A stretch of 64,000 bases of DNA from Xanthobacteraceae bacterium. Lineage in GTDB: Bacteria > Pseudomonadota > Alphaproteobacteria > Rhizobiales > Xanthobacteraceae. A program made the translations under genes and the position numbers. Every line of letters starts with the position of its first letter. Position 1 is the stretch's first letter. Below the pieces are notes generated by a model. That model made no database searches and was not told the origin of the DNA. It saw only the letters and a list, made by a program, of their open reading frames with translations. This document shows positions 36,711 through 47,119 of this stretch, piece after piece. The stretch is taken from assembly GCA_041918675.1 (NCBI GenBank), contig JAYRVF010000012.1, positions 88,902 through 152,901 on the forward strand, read 5' to 3'.

Positions 36711-36928
36711 CGGCGCAATCTAGCCTCTCGGCGGGGTCCCGTCATGCGCCACCGCGGCAGATGACGTCGCGGTACCCTGCGCCGAATCGCGCTAGCGGTT
36801 GTGGCCATGGCGGGCACCGACCCGAAAACCTTTTGAATTGGTTAACCAATGGTCGACAATATGCCCAAATCCGCATTCAAGCACGCTCGCGTGGCGTGGC
36901 CGTGACCATCGCGAAAAGGACAGGGGCG

Positions 36929-38140
36929 ATGCGAGGACCGATCGATCTGCTCGTTTCGCCCATTTGGCCGACGCGGCGCGCGGTGCTGGTCATGATCGGC
37001 GGCGCGCCGGTTCTCGCCGGATGCGCGACGGGATTTTCGCCGGACATCTTTTCGGGCCAGCAGACGCCGTCCGGTCCGCCTCAGCAGCCCTCCGCGATCG
37101 GCACTGGCCAGGTCAAGGTCGGGCTCATTTTGCCTTTGTCGGCGTCGGGCAATGCCGGACTTGCCGCGCAGTCGATGAAGAACGCGGCCGAGATGGCGCT
37201 CGAGGAATTTCAGAATCCGAACATCCAGTTGCTCGTCAAGGATGATGGCGGTACCGCGCCCGGCGCGCAGCAGGCCGCCCAACAGGCGATCGAAGAAGGC
37301 GTCGAGGTCATTCTCGGTCCGCTGTTCGCGCTTTCGGTACCGGCTGCGGCGCAATTGGCGCGAAACCGCGGCATTCCGATCATCGCGTTCTCGACCGACA
37401 GCGCGGTGGCGGGTCGCGGCGTCCACCTTCTCTCGTTCCTTCCCGAATCCGACGTACACCGGATCGTGGATTATGCCGCCGGCGCTGGAAAACGATCCTT
37501 CGCCGCGTTCCTTCCCGAAAACGCCTATGGCGGCGTGGCCGAGGCCGCCTTCAAGCAGGCGGTGGCGCGGCGCGGCGGCCGCGTCGTGGTCGCGGAGAAA
37601 TACGGTTCCGACAGGTCGCAGATGCAGGTGCCGGCGCGTTCCGTGGCGCAGGCGCTTTCCGGCGCCGACGCGCTGTTTCTCGCCGACGACGGCGATGTCC
37701 TGCCCTCGGTGGTCGAGGCGCTGACCGCGAGTGGGGCCAATCTCAAGGGCGTGCAGCTTCTGGGGACGGGTCTATGGGATAACCCCCGCGTCTTCGCGAC
37801 GGCCGCGCTGCATGGCGGGGCGTTCGCCGCCCCCGACCCGGCCGGCTTCCGCGCCTTTTCGGGGCGTTATCGCGCGCGTTTCGGCCAGGCGCCCGTGCGC
37901 ACGGCGACGCTTGCCTATGACGCCGTCGCGCTCATCGCCGCGCTGGTCAAGGCCCAAGGCGGACAGCGGCTCGCGTCCGAGAGCCTGACCAATCCGTCGG
38001 GATTTGCCGGCATCGACGGCCTGTTCCGTTTCCGCTCCGACGGCACCAACGAGCGCGGCCTCGCGGTGATGCGGGTCGGCGCGTCCGGCGGACAGGTGAT
38101 TTCGGCCGCGCCCAAGAGCTTTACCGGCTCGGGTACCTGA
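36929..38140 (+). CDS. periplasmic-binding-protein-fold lipoprotein (penicillin-binding protein activator LpoA-like / LivK-like)
   Basis: It has the lipobox VLAGC and a type 1 PBP pattern (VKVGLILPLSG...). It is divergent from rsmI, as in many proteobacteria. Confidence 0.72.
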   Translation: MRGPIDLLVSPIWPTRRAVLVMIGGAPVLAGCATGFSPDIFSGQQTPSGPPQQPSAIGTGQVKVGLILPLSASGNAGLAAQSMKNAAEMALEEFQNPNIQLLVKDDGGTAPGAQQAAQQAIEEGVEVILGPLFALSVPAAAQLARNRGIPIIAFSTDSAVAGRGVHLLSFLPESDVHRIVDYAAGAGKRSFAAFLPENAYGGVAEAAFKQAVARRGGRVVVAEKYGSDRSQMQVPARSVAQALSGADALFLADDGDVLPSVVEALTASGANLKGVQLLGTGLWDNPRVFATAALHGGAFAAPDPAGFRAFSGRYRARFGQAPVRTATLAYDAVALIAALVKAQGGQRLASESLTNPSGFAGIDGLFRFRSDGTNERGLAVMRVGASGGQVISAAPKSFTGSGT

Positions 38141-38185
38141 GCGGAGCGCCCGCGTCCGATCCTTCCGGCGCGCCGCGAAGGCGCG

Positions 38186-39358
38186 TCAGGCCGCGAGATC
38201 GGCGACCACCGCGTCGAGCAGGGGAAAACCGGCTTGGGTGACGCGCAGGCGTCCGTCTGGATCGATCGCGATCGCGCCTTCCTCGCTCAGGCGGCGGATG
38301 CGGTCCGGGTCGAGCGGGCGACCGGCGAGCGCGGCGTAGCGCGCCGGGTCGATGCCTTCCACGAGACGTAGTCCCATCAGCAGGAATTCGTCGCCGCGCT
38401 CTTCCCGGTTGAGGATCTCGTCGGTGACGATGCCCTGGCCGAAGGCCTCCACGCGCATCAGCCAAGGTTCGGGACGTTTTTCGGTCGTGGTCGCGTGGCG
38501 ATCGCCGCCGATGTCGAGGCGGCCGTGCGCGCCGGGACCGACGCCGGCATATTCGCGGCCGCGCCAATAGACGAGATTGTGCCGGCACTCCGCGCCCGGC
38601 CGCGCGTGGTTCGAGATCTCATAGGCCGGCAGGCCCGCGTCCGCGCAAAGATCGCGCGTGAGGTCGTAGAGATCGCGCGCGGAGGCCTCGTCCGGCGTCG
38701 TCAGCCGGCCGACTTGGCGCAGCGCCGCGAACGGCGTTTGCGGCTCGACGGTGAGCTGATAGAGCGAGAGATGCTCGCCCGCCTCGGCGAGCGCGCGGCC
38801 AAGCTCGTCCTTCCAGGCCGCGAGCGTTTGGCCCGGCAGCGCGTAGATGAGATCGAACGAGACGTGATCGAACGTGGCGCGGGCGAGCGCGAGCGCGGCG
38901 CGCGCTTCCGCCGCGTCGTGGATGCGCCCGAGCAAGCGGAGCGAGGCGTCGCTGAACGACTGAATGCCGAGCGAGAGGCGGTTGACGCCGGCGGCGCGAT
39001 AGCCGCGAAAGCGGGAGGCGTCGGCGGCGCCCGGGTTGGCTTCGAGCGTGATCTCGGCGTCCGGTGCGAGCTTCCAGTTTCGACCGGCCGCCTCGAGGAT
39101 GGCCGCGACCGCGTCCGGCCGCATCAGCGAGGGCGTGCCGCCGCCGAAAAAAATGGTGTTCACCGTCCGGCCGGGAAGACGCGCCGCGATCGTCTCGATC
39201 TCGCGCGCGATCGCCCGCGCGATGCGATCCTCGTCGATCGTTTCCTTGCGGACGTGACTGTTGAAGTCGCAATAGGGACATTTCGACAGACAGAACGGCC
39301 AATGCACATAAAGGCCGAAGGCGTCCGTCTCAGTCCCCGCGCTTTTGTTGCGTGTCAC
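38186..39358 (-). CDS. hemW: radical SAM heme chaperone HemW (HemN-like, oxygen-independent coproporphyrinogen oxidase family)
   Basis: It has the CxxxCxxC motif ([11 protein letters not shown]) and a GTG start. It overlaps the rdgB 3' end by 29 nt. Confidence 0.88.
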   Translation of the reverse strand: MTRNKSAGTETDAFGLYVHWPFCLSKCPYCDFNSHVRKETIDEDRIARAIAREIETIAARLPGRTVNTIFFGGGTPSLMRPDAVAAILEAAGRNWKLAPDAEITLEANPGAADASRFRGYRAAGVNRLSLGIQSFSDASLRLLGRIHDAAEARAALALARATFDHVSFDLIYALPGQTLAAWKDELGRALAEAGEHLSLYQLTVEPQTPFAALRQVGRLTTPDEASARDLYDLTRDLCADAGLPAYEISNHARPGAECRHNLVYWRGREYAGVGPGAHGRLDIGGDRHATTTEKRPEPWLMRVEAFGQGIVTDEILNREERGDEFLLMGLRLVEGIDPARYAALAGRPLDPDRIRRLSEEGAIAIDPDGRLRVTQAGFPLLDAVVADLAA

Positions 39359-40010
39359 GAGAATTGGTCCCCGAAAGCGGCGCGCCGAGACAATGTCGCG
39401 ACAGCGTCAGGAAGGCGCGGGCGCGATGGGAAAGGCCGAGGCCGCGCGGCGGCAGTCCGTGCTTTTCCTCGCTGTCCATCTCGCCGAAGGTACGCTCATG
39501 GCCGTCCGGCAGAAAGACCGGATCGTAGCCAAATCCCCGGCTCCCGCGCGGCGGCCAGACGAGCGTTCCGTCGACGCGGCCCTCGACTTCCTCGACATGG
39601 CCGTCGGGCCAGGCGACGCACAACGCGGAAACGAAATGCGCGCGTCGTCGCGCCGGTTCGGTCGCGCCGCGCTCCTGGAGCAGGCGTTCGATGCGCGCCA
39701 TCGCGGCGGCGAAATCCTTCTCCGGTCCCGCCCAGCGCGCCGACTGGATGCCCGGCTGGCCTGAAAGCGCCTCGACCACGAGGCCGGAATCATCCGACAG
39801 CGCGGGAAGACCCGAGGCGCGCGCCGCGGCCTCCGCCTTGATGCGCGCGTTGGCGCGAAAGCTCTCGCCGGTCTCCTCCGGCTCGGCGAGGCCGAGTTCG
39901 CCGGCGGAGGTAACGCGCACGCCATGAGGGGTCAGCAATTCGCGCATTTCGCGGAGCTTGCCGGGATTGTGGGTGGCGATGACGAGGGTGCCGCCGATCT
40001 GCCGATGCAT
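39330..40010 (-). CDS. rdgB: non-canonical purine NTP pyrophosphatase (dITP/XTP)
   Basis: It has typical RdgB/HAM1 motifs ([19 protein letters not shown] and FGYDPVF). Confidence 0.92.
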   Translation of the reverse strand: MHRQIGGTLVIATHNPGKLREMRELLTPHGVRVTSAGELGLAEPEETGESFRANARIKAEAAARASGLPALSDDSGLVVEALSGQPGIQSARWAGPEKDFAAAMARIERLLQERGATEPARRRAHFVSALCVAWPDGHVEEVEGRVDGTLVWPPRGSRGFGYDPVFLPDGHERTFGEMDSEEKHGLPPRGLGLSHRARAFLTLSRHCLGAPLSGTNSRDTQQKRGD

Positions 40011-40071
40011 CGCTACCGTCCGAGAGACTTCGCCGTTGTCGTAAGGGGAATCGCGTTGGCCGAGGCGCCGC

Positions 40072-40785
40072 CTACATCACGGCCATTTTCTGCAGATCGA
40101 CAAGGCGGGCGACGCCCCTGCGCGCGAGCGCGAGCAGCGCGAGGAATTCCTCCTCGGAAAACGGCGTGCGCTCGGCGGTTCCCTGCACCTCGATAAGACG
40201 GCCGTCGCCGGTCATGACGAAATTGGCGTCGGTCTCGGCGTCCGAATCCTCGGCGTAGTCGAGATCGAGCACCGGGGCGCCGTTGCAGATGCCGCAGGAA
40301 ATCGCCGCGACGTGATCGCGCAGGATTTCGCCGCGCGCCATGTTGCGCGCCTTCATCCAGTTGATGCAGTCGGCGAGCGCCACCCATGCTCCGGTGATCG
40401 CGGCGGTGCGCGTGCCGCCATCGGCCTGCAGCACGTCGCAGTCGACGGTGATCTGGCGTTCGCCGAGCGCTTCCAGATTGACGGTGGAGCGCAGCGATCG
40501 GCCGATCAGGCGCTGGATTTCGACGGTACGCCCGTTCTGCTTGCCGGTGGAGGCTTCCCGGCGCGTGCGTTCGAGCGTGGCGCGCGGAAGCATGCCATAT
40601 TCGGCCGTGACCCAGCCGCGTCCCTGTCCCTTGAGCCAGGGCGGCAGCCGCTCCTCGAGCGTGGCCGTGACGAGCACATGCGTGTCGCCGAATTTCACCA
40701 GGCAAGAGCCCTCGGCATATTTGACCACCCCGCGCTCCAGCGAGACGGGACGCAATTCGTCGGGCGCACGGCGGCTCGGCCGCAT
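40072..40785 (-). CDS. rph: ribonuclease PH
   Basis: 237 aa from the ATG at 40785, with the [21 protein letters not shown] and [14 protein letters not shown] motifs. Confidence 0.95.
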   Translation of the reverse strand: MRPSRRAPDELRPVSLERGVVKYAEGSCLVKFGDTHVLVTATLEERLPPWLKGQGRGWVTAEYGMLPRATLERTRREASTGKQNGRTVEIQRLIGRSLRSTVNLEALGERQITVDCDVLQADGGTRTAAITGAWVALADCINWMKARNMARGEILRDHVAAISCGICNGAPVLDLDYAEDSDAETDANFVMTGDGRLIEVQGTAERTPFSEEEFLALLALARRGVARLVDLQKMAVM

Positions 40786-40942
40786 CGGTAATCCTCCATC
40801 GGTACGTTCTGATACGGTGCTTTTAGGGGTCCGGGGCACGCCCGGCAAGCGCGTCGGGGCGCGCGCGGCGCTTGCCCCGCCATCGACCATCTTGAAACCG
40901 GGCGGTCGCTGGGCCAATTCTGTCGAATTCGGGAGCGGTCCG

Positions 40943-42040
40943 ATGACGCGGAAAGACGAGTTTTCGTTCGGAACAAGCGAGCCCGCGTCGGGCCTGGCGC
41001 AGCTCAACGAGCGTTCGCGCGAAATCTTCCGCCAGATCGTCGAAACCTATCTGACGACCGGCGAGCCGGTCGGCTCGCGCAACATCTCGCGCCTGATCAC
41101 GATGCCGCTGTCGCCGGCCTCGGTGCGCAACGTGATGTCCGATCTCGAGCAACTCGGGCTGATCTACGCGCCCCACACCTCGGCCGGCCGGCTGCCGACC
41201 GAACTCGGCCTGCGCTTTTTCGTCGATTCGGTCATGCAGGTCGGTGACCTCACCGAGCAGGAGCGCCGCTCGATCGAGGCGCAGCTGATCGCCGCCAACC
41301 GGCCGCAATCGGTCGAGGCCGCGCTCAACGACACGCTCACGCGCCTATCGGGCCTGACGCGCGCGGCCGCCGTCGTGCTCACGCCCAAGACCAATGTTTG
41401 CCTCAAGCACATCGAGTTCGTCAGCCTCGATCCCAACCGCGCGCTGGTGATCATGGTCGGCGAGGACGGTCAGGTCGAGAACCGGGTCGTCGCGCTGCCG
41501 CCGGGCGTGCCGATCTCGATCATGGCGGAGGCCACCAACTTCCTCAACGCGCGGGTGCGCGGCAAGACGCTCGCGGAAGTGCGCGCCGAGATCGAGGCCG
41601 CGATCGCGGCCAACCGCGCCGAGCTCGACGCGTTGACGCAACGGGTGATCGCCACCGGGCTGGCGAGCTGGTCGGGCGGCGAGCGCGAGGATCGACGCCT
41701 CATCGTGCGCGGACACGCGAACCTGCTCGAGGATCTCCACGCGCTCAAGGATCTCGAACGCGTGCGCTCGCTGTTCGACGATCTGGAAACCAAACGCGGC
41801 GTGATCGATCTGCTCGGCCGGGCCGAAAACGGCGACGGCGTGCGCATTTTCATCGGATCGGAAAGCAAGCTGTTTTCGCTGTCCGGCTCCTCGACTATCG
41901 TCGCGCCCTATACGGACGGATCGGGGCATATCGTCGGCGTGCTCGGCGTCATCGGGCCGACGCGGCTCAATTACGCGCGGGTCATTCCGATGGTCGATTA
42001 CACCGCCAAGATCATGACCAAGCTGATCGGCGGCGGCTGA
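40943..42040 (+). CDS. hrcA: heat-inducible transcription repressor HrcA
   Basis: It has an N-terminal winged helix ([26 protein letters not shown]) and the typical length (365 aa). It is divergent from rph, as in other alphaproteobacteria. Confidence 0.92.
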   Translation: MTRKDEFSFGTSEPASGLAQLNERSREIFRQIVETYLTTGEPVGSRNISRLITMPLSPASVRNVMSDLEQLGLIYAPHTSAGRLPTELGLRFFVDSVMQVGDLTEQERRSIEAQLIAANRPQSVEAALNDTLTRLSGLTRAAAVVLTPKTNVCLKHIEFVSLDPNRALVIMVGEDGQVENRVVALPPGVPISIMAEATNFLNARVRGKTLAEVRAEIEAAIAANRAELDALTQRVIATGLASWSGGEREDRRLIVRGHANLLEDLHALKDLERVRSLFDDLETKRGVIDLLGRAENGDGVRIFIGSESKLFSLSGSSTIVAPYTDGSGHIVGVLGVIGPTRLNYARVIPMVDYTAKIMTKLIGGG

Positions 42041-42074
42041 GCCGTCGCCCCAGGGCCGCCCGCCGGCCGTGCTG

Positions 42075-42683
42075 TCAATAGCCGACGGTGAAGCGCCGGC
42101 GCGAATGCGCCGGCTTTTCCAGTTCGTCGACCATCGCGATCGCATAATCCTCGAACGAGATGCTGCTGCCCTTGTCGTTGACAAGCAGCTGGTCGGCGCC
42201 GAGGCGGAATTTGCCGGTGCGCTCGCCCGGAACGAACATCGCGGACGGCGACAGAAAGGTCCAGTCGATCTGCGTTTCCTTGCGCAGGCGGTCGAGGAAT
42301 GCGGCGCCCGCCATCGCCTCGGCCTTGTAGATCGCCGGAAATTCCGGGGTGTCGACCAGCCTTTTGCCCGGCGCGACTTCCAGGCTGCCAGCACCGCCGA
42401 CAACGAGATAACGGCGCACGCCGGCGCGGCGCACGGCATCGATCAGCTTTTCTGGATCGCTGGCGGTGAAATGAACCGAGCTGACCACGGCATCATGGCC
42501 CGCAAGGAGCGCCGCAAGGCCCCCCACATCGAATACGTCGCCCGTCTTGGCGGTAACGCCCGGCAGCGACGGAACCTTGCTGGCGTTGCGGACGATCGCG
42601 GTCACGGTGTGGCCGCGCCGGGACAGTTCGGACAGAATTCGCGAGCCGGCATTGCCGGTCGCGCCGATCAGGGCGGTGTGCAT
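42075..42683 (-). CDS. NAD(P)H-binding NmrA/SDR-like oxidoreductase
   Basis: It has the Rossmann motif ALIGATGNAGSRI from the ATG at 42683, giving 202 aa. Confidence 0.8.
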   Translation of the reverse strand: MHTALIGATGNAGSRILSELSRRGHTVTAIVRNASKVPSLPGVTAKTGDVFDVGGLAALLAGHDAVVSSVHFTASDPEKLIDAVRRAGVRRYLVVGGAGSLEVAPGKRLVDTPEFPAIYKAEAMAGAAFLDRLRKETQIDWTFLSPSAMFVPGERTGKFRLGADQLLVNDKGSSISFEDYAIAMVDELEKPAHSRRRFTVGY

Positions 42684-42803
42684 CGGGTCTCCTCGGCTGG
42701 CGTGCAGCGGGTTTGTGGTATACAATAGTTACCAACCGTACAAATTTGCTATCTGGTGTAAAGAAGGCACCGAAAGCTCATCAGGTCACTGCGGCGAAAC
42801 CCC

Positions 42804-43172
42804 ATGCAAGCCCCGAATGCCTTTGCATCCGACTGCCCGACCCGAAAGGTACTGGATCGTATCGCCGACAAATGGGCGGTTCTCGTGCTCAGCCTGGTCG
42901 CCGACGAGCCGGTGCGGTTCAATCAGCTGCGCCGACGCATCGAGGGCGTGTCGCAGAAGATGTTGTCGCAGACGCTGAAACGCCTGGAGCGCGATGGGCT
43001 GGTCAGCCGCCGCGTCTTCGCCACCGTCCCGGTGACGGTCGAATACGCAATCACCCCGCTCGGTCACACGCTCGCGACCACCGTCGACGGGCTGCGCGTG
43101 TGGGCCGAGGCGCATATCGACGAGGTTGAGCGCGCGCAAGAACGCTATGACCGGGCGATCCATAATTCTTGA
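42804..43172 (+). CDS. HxlR family transcriptional regulator
   Basis: 122 aa with the CPTRKVLDRIADKWAVLVL...RFNQL pattern. It is divergent from the NmrA-like gene, a common regulator-target pair. Confidence 0.85.
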   Translation: MQAPNAFASDCPTRKVLDRIADKWAVLVLSLVADEPVRFNQLRRRIEGVSQKMLSQTLKRLERDGLVSRRVFATVPVTVEYAITPLGHTLATTVDGLRVWAEAHIDEVERAQERYDRAIHNS

Positions 43173-43196
43173 TTTTTCGCCGCCAAGGCCCGATAT
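43168..43196 (+). promoter_or_regulatory. possible RpoH (sigma32)-type promoter for grpE
   Basis: The sequence is CTTG-N18-CCGATAT, versus the alphaproteobacterial consensus CTTG-N17/18-CYTATNT (one mismatch). It lies ~40 nt upstream of the grpE ATG. Confidence 0.3.
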
Positions 43197-43235
43197 GCCG
43201 GGCATCCCGAACGAATATGAAATGGATTGCGCCTG

Positions 43236-43835
43236 ATGACGGAGACGCGTCAGACTGAAGCCGGCAGCGCTCCCACCGAGAGCGATGCGACCGGGACCGA
43301 GGAGCCGGTTGCGATCGATCCGCGCGATTTGATCGCCGCCGCCCAGCTCGAAGCGACCGAGATGAAGGATCGGCTGCTGCGCACGCTGGCCGAAATGGAA
43401 AACCTGCGCAAGCGCACCGAGCGCGAGGTCGCCGACGCGCGAACCTATGGCGTCGCGGCTTTCGCGCGCGACATGCTCGATATCGCCGACAACATCCGCC
43501 GCGCGCTGGAGGCCGTGCCCGCGGCGGCGGGCGAGGGCGACAGCGGCCTGAAGACGCTCGTCGACGGCGTCGAGCTCACCGAGCGCGCGCTTCTCAAGTC
43601 GCTCGAAAAGAACGGCGTGCGCCGCTTCGATCCCAAGGGCGAGAAGTTCAATCCCAATCTGCATCAGGCCATGTACGAAGTGCCGGACGGAACCGTCGCG
43701 CCGGGAACGGTGGCGCAGGTGATCCAGGCCGGATTCATGATCGGCGAACGGGTATTGCGGCCGGCGCTGGTGGCGGTCGCCAAGGCCGCGCCGAAACCGG
43801 GCGAGCAGGCCGATTCCGGCACCGAGACCATGTGA
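43236..43835 (+). CDS. grpE: nucleotide exchange factor GrpE
   Basis: It has a coiled-coil N-terminus and the [17 protein letters not shown] and FDPNLHQAM motifs. The ATG at 43236 was preferred over the TTG at 43227. Confidence 0.93.
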   Translation: MTETRQTEAGSAPTESDATGTEEPVAIDPRDLIAAAQLEATEMKDRLLRTLAEMENLRKRTEREVADARTYGVAAFARDMLDIADNIRRALEAVPAAAGEGDSGLKTLVDGVELTERALLKSLEKNGVRRFDPKGEKFNPNLHQAMYEVPDGTVAPGTVAQVIQAGFMIGERVLRPALVAVAKAAPKPGEQADSGTETM

Positions 43836-43838
43836 GGC

Positions 43839-43856
43839 GCGCCGCGCGCGCGGCGC
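43839..43856 (+). terminator. GC-only palindrome after grpE (possible weak intrinsic terminator)
   Basis: The perfect 18-nt palindrome GCGCCGCGCGCGCGGCGC is followed by CTTGTT. The U-tract is poor. Confidence 0.3.
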
Positions 43857-43907
43857 CTTGTTCCGGCCGCGCCCGGCGCGCGGACCGGCGGCGGCGGAAA
43901 GCTAGCC

Positions 43908-44819
43908 ATGGCGCGGATATTCGACTGCTTTCCCTTCCACGACGAACTCGATCTCCTCGACATCCACCTGCGCGAGCTTTCCGATTGCGTCGACCGCTTC
44001 GTCATCGCGGAGGCCACCACGAGCTTCTCGGGCGAGCCGAAGAAGCTCAATTTTCCGGCTAACCGCGATCGGTTCGCGCCGTTTCTCGATCGCATCGACT
44101 ACATCGTCGTCGACGATTTTCCCCCCGGCATGAAGCCCGGCTGGGCCCGGCAATGGCATCAGCGCGAGGCGCTGGCCAGGGGGCTCGCCGACGCGGAGCC
44201 CGACGACCTGATCCTGCTCTGCGATGTCGACGAGATCGTGCGGGCGTCCGCGTTGCGCGCGTTCGCCGCGCGCGAGACGCGGCGCGCCGAGATCGGCTGT
44301 TTTTCACTGCGTCATTTCAACTATTTCCTCAATTGGGAATGCGCGGTGCCATGGCTGCGCTCGAGCCCACGGGCGGTGCGCCACGAGTATCTGCGTTCAT
44401 TTAGAGCGCTGCGCGGCGTTCGCGGCCCGAGCGAGCGGTGGCCGCGGGATCTCGCGCGCGGCTTCGACACGTGGCGGCGGATGGGAAGACCCATGCGGCG
44501 CGTGCTCGTGGCCGACGCGGGCTGGCATTTCAGCTATCTCGGCGGCCCCGCGACGGTGATGCGCAAGGCGCGCGATTTCCTCGGCAGTGAATTGTCGTCC
44601 TTGCCCTATGCGAGCCTTGCTGAAATCGCCCGCCAGATCGCCGATGGCCGCGCCGTCATGCCCGACGGGCAGCGGGCGCTCAGTCTTCGCGCCATCGACG
44701 CGAGCTTTCCCCAATATGTGCGCGATCACCGCGCGGCGTTCGAGGCGCTGATCGCCGACGAGGAAACGCCCGATCGCTTGCGGCGCATGCTCGCGACCGG
44801 GGCATTCGACCCTGGTTAG
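43908..44819 (+). CDS. glycosyltransferase family 17-like protein (bisecting GlcNAc-transferase fold)
   Basis: The N-terminus IFDCFPFHDELDLLDIHLRELSDCVDRFVIAEA is the GT17 (Glyco_transf_17) signature. It has no TM segment. Confidence 0.75.
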   Translation: MARIFDCFPFHDELDLLDIHLRELSDCVDRFVIAEATTSFSGEPKKLNFPANRDRFAPFLDRIDYIVVDDFPPGMKPGWARQWHQREALARGLADAEPDDLILLCDVDEIVRASALRAFAARETRRAEIGCFSLRHFNYFLNWECAVPWLRSSPRAVRHEYLRSFRALRGVRGPSERWPRDLARGFDTWRRMGRPMRRVLVADAGWHFSYLGGPATVMRKARDFLGSELSSLPYASLAEIARQIADGRAVMPDGQRALSLRAIDASFPQYVRDHRAAFEALIADEETPDRLRRMLATGAFDPG

Positions 44820-44918
44820 CGCGATCGATTTGACGCGCCCGCCCGCCCCGTGGTTTGGTCCCCGGCGCGGGACCCGCCGTCATGGCGCGGTCGTTTTTCG
44901 GGCTCGCGGACCCCGTTC

Positions 44919-45800
44919 ATGCGCGTCAGCGGCTTCACCTTCGTTCGCAATGCCCATCGCTATGGGTATCCCGTCGTCGAGAGCATCCGCTCGGCGCTGC
45001 CGCTGGTCGACGAGTTCGTGGTCGTCGTTGGCCGCTGCGACGACGGCACGCGCGAAAACATCGCCGCGATCGGCGATCCCCGGATTCGCATCATCGACAC
45101 CGAATGGAACGAGAAAGCTCCCGCGCTCGGCTTCCTGCTGGCGCAACAGAAGATGATCGCCGAGTTCAACTGCACGGGCGACTGGGCGATCTATATCGAG
45201 GCCGACGAGGTCCTGCATGAGGACGACCTGCCCGCGCTTCGCGAAAGCATGGCGCGGCATCTGCCCGATCCGCGCGTGGAGGCGCTCTATGTCGACTTTC
45301 TCCACTTCTACGGCAGCGCCGAATGGCTTGCGCAAGGCCACGTCTGGTACAAGCAGGAAGCGCGCGTCATCCGCAACGATCTGCGCGCGATGACCACGGA
45401 TTCGCTTTACTTTCTGGTGTTCGACCACAAGAAGCGTGGCCGCTATCCGCGCGCGGCATCCGCCGGCGCGCGCTACTTTCATTACGGGCACTGCCGCGCG
45501 TCCGCGATTCATGCCGTCCGGCGCAAGGAACTCATGGAGATCGACCATAACGCGCCCGCGGCGATCGACGAGATCCGGGCGGAAGCCATCTATTGTCCCG
45601 ACATCCGGCTTCTGAAGCGGTTCGAAGGCACTCATCCCGCCGTGATGAAGGAATGGATCGCGACGCGGTCCGAGCGGAACTTCACGCCGGTCGCGCGCAC
45701 GCCGCTCAAAGGTCGCGCGCTGCGCAACTACCTCGGCATCCAGCTCGGCCGTCTGACCGGTCTCGATTTGAGCAAGCGCCACTTCACCCGCGTCGATTAG
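44919..45800 (+). CDS. glycosyltransferase family 2-like protein
   Basis: The ISGFTFVRNAHRYGYPVVESIRSALPLVDEFVVVVG...DGT pattern is shared by a widespread soluble GT2 subgroup. The start is the ATG at 44919. Confidence 0.7.
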   Translation: MRVSGFTFVRNAHRYGYPVVESIRSALPLVDEFVVVVGRCDDGTRENIAAIGDPRIRIIDTEWNEKAPALGFLLAQQKMIAEFNCTGDWAIYIEADEVLHEDDLPALRESMARHLPDPRVEALYVDFLHFYGSAEWLAQGHVWYKQEARVIRNDLRAMTTDSLYFLVFDHKKRGRYPRAASAGARYFHYGHCRASAIHAVRRKELMEIDHNAPAAIDEIRAEAIYCPDIRLLKRFEGTHPAVMKEWIATRSERNFTPVARTPLKGRALRNYLGIQLGRLTGLDLSKRHFTRVD

Positions 45801-45910
45801 ATCGCGATGATTTTGGATCGAAACGATCCAAATCATGAAGGTGATCGATTCGAATGAGTTTACGCATGATGTTTTCCGAAAACCGTTTCATGCTTTTCGG
45901 CATCATGCTC
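45801..45910. repeat. R1 two-hairpin repeat, copy 2 (inverted orientation)
   Basis: It contains GATGATTTTGGATCG-AAA-CGATCCAAATCAT and GCATGATG...GGTTTCATGCTTTTCGGCATCATGCTC. It aligns as the reverse complement of copies 1 and 3. Confidence 0.65.
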
Positions 45911-45929
45911 TAACGCGCGGCCCGCCGCG

Positions 45930-46934
45930 TCAGCGCGGTTCGATGCGGTCGCGCACGGCGCGGAAGCGGGGAAAGGCCTCGGCCCAGTGTTCTTTCGCGG
46001 CGCCCGCGACGATCCGCAAATAGGCGCCGGAGCCGAAACGCACCCATTGGATGAGCGCGACCTCCTTGTCCGCCTTGCCGCTGACGGCTTCGATCCGTGT
46101 TTCGATGCCGGGAGCCCCGCCGATGCGGATCGGCTCGGAGGTGGTGATTTGTGTGTTGCGCAGGCCGGGAATGGTCGTCAGCAGGTGTTCGGCGAAACGG
46201 GCGCGGCCCTCGGGCGGCGGCGCGTTTCCGGCGGCGACCGAGATCACCATATAGGTCGTCTCCTCGACCGGGGTATTGTCCTCGCCGTCGGACAGGACCA
46301 CCGTCGAGCCCGGAATGACGCTCTTGATGTTCTTGAACCCGGCAAGTTCGCCGAGTCGGAACGGCAGCAGGTCGAGCTGCTCGGCCACCGGAACCGTGGC
46401 GCGGATCGAGACCGAAGTCAGCATTTTGCGGATGACGTCTTCGGGGAAATCCTTCTCCGCGTCCGGCGCGATTTCGGCCATGACATAGGCGGTGAATTCC
46501 CCGGCGTCGGCGACGAGCGCCCAGCGCTTGCCGCGATCGGTGCTCTCGGCCGGCTCCCGATTGAAATAGGCCTTGCCCGCGGGCGTGGTCACCGCCTCCG
46601 GCGCGTTCGGCGTCTCGCTTTTTCCGGCCTTGCCCTTGGTCCTATTCGCGGTCTTGGCGGATGCTTTGCCGGCGCCGGCTTTGCCGACCTCGTTCATCCG
46701 GGCCTTCGCGGCGGTTTCAAGCGCGCCGAAAGCAGCCGGCGGCAGTTGCACCACGATGACCTTGGCCCGGCCGGTGGAATCTTCGAACCCCTGAAAGCCC
46801 TTCGCGAAGGCAAGACCCGGCGCCGGTTCAAGCCCGATGCGCGACCCCTGTGGAAATGCCGGATCGGCCGCGGCCGGCGCGGCCGTCAACAGCACCGCGA
46901 CGAGGATCGCGAGAATGGTTGGGCGAGGATTCAT
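45930..46934 (-). CDS. hypothetical secreted protein (334 aa)
   Basis: The ATG at 46934 gives a signal peptide (MNPRPTILAILVAVLLTAAPAAA). Two globular halves are joined by a Lys/Ala/Gly-rich linker. I recognise no family for it. Confidence 0.55.
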   Translation of the reverse strand: MNPRPTILAILVAVLLTAAPAAADPAFPQGSRIGLEPAPGLAFAKGFQGFEDSTGRAKVIVVQLPPAAFGALETAAKARMNEVGKAGAGKASAKTANRTKGKAGKSETPNAPEAVTTPAGKAYFNREPAESTDRGKRWALVADAGEFTAYVMAEIAPDAEKDFPEDVIRKMLTSVSIRATVPVAEQLDLLPFRLGELAGFKNIKSVIPGSTVVLSDGEDNTPVEETTYMVISVAAGNAPPPEGRARFAEHLLTTIPGLRNTQITTSEPIRIGGAPGIETRIEAVSGKADKEVALIQWVRFGSGAYLRIVAGAAKEHWAEAFPRFRAVRDRIEPR

Positions 46935-47119
46935 GCCGATGTTCCTTGGTACCGGAAAATGGCGGCACCGGGACATCGCGGCACCTGGAATTGGCGCGTC
47001 GGCGGTCCGGCGGCCCCGGGCGCGCGACCCTGCCGCCGGCGCCCCGCCTTCCATTAACCGTTTCCGCGCCGGGGCGACAGGGCCAAGGAATTTTCGCCCG
47101 TGATTATGACCGCAAATGA

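Noticed and set aside
40786-40942. Search for a CIRCE operator (TTAGCACTC-N9-GAGTGCTAA) upstream of hrcA, grpE and dnaK
   Set aside because: Reading the three upstream regions turned up no match or near match. CIRCE is probably confined to groESL, which is outside this window.
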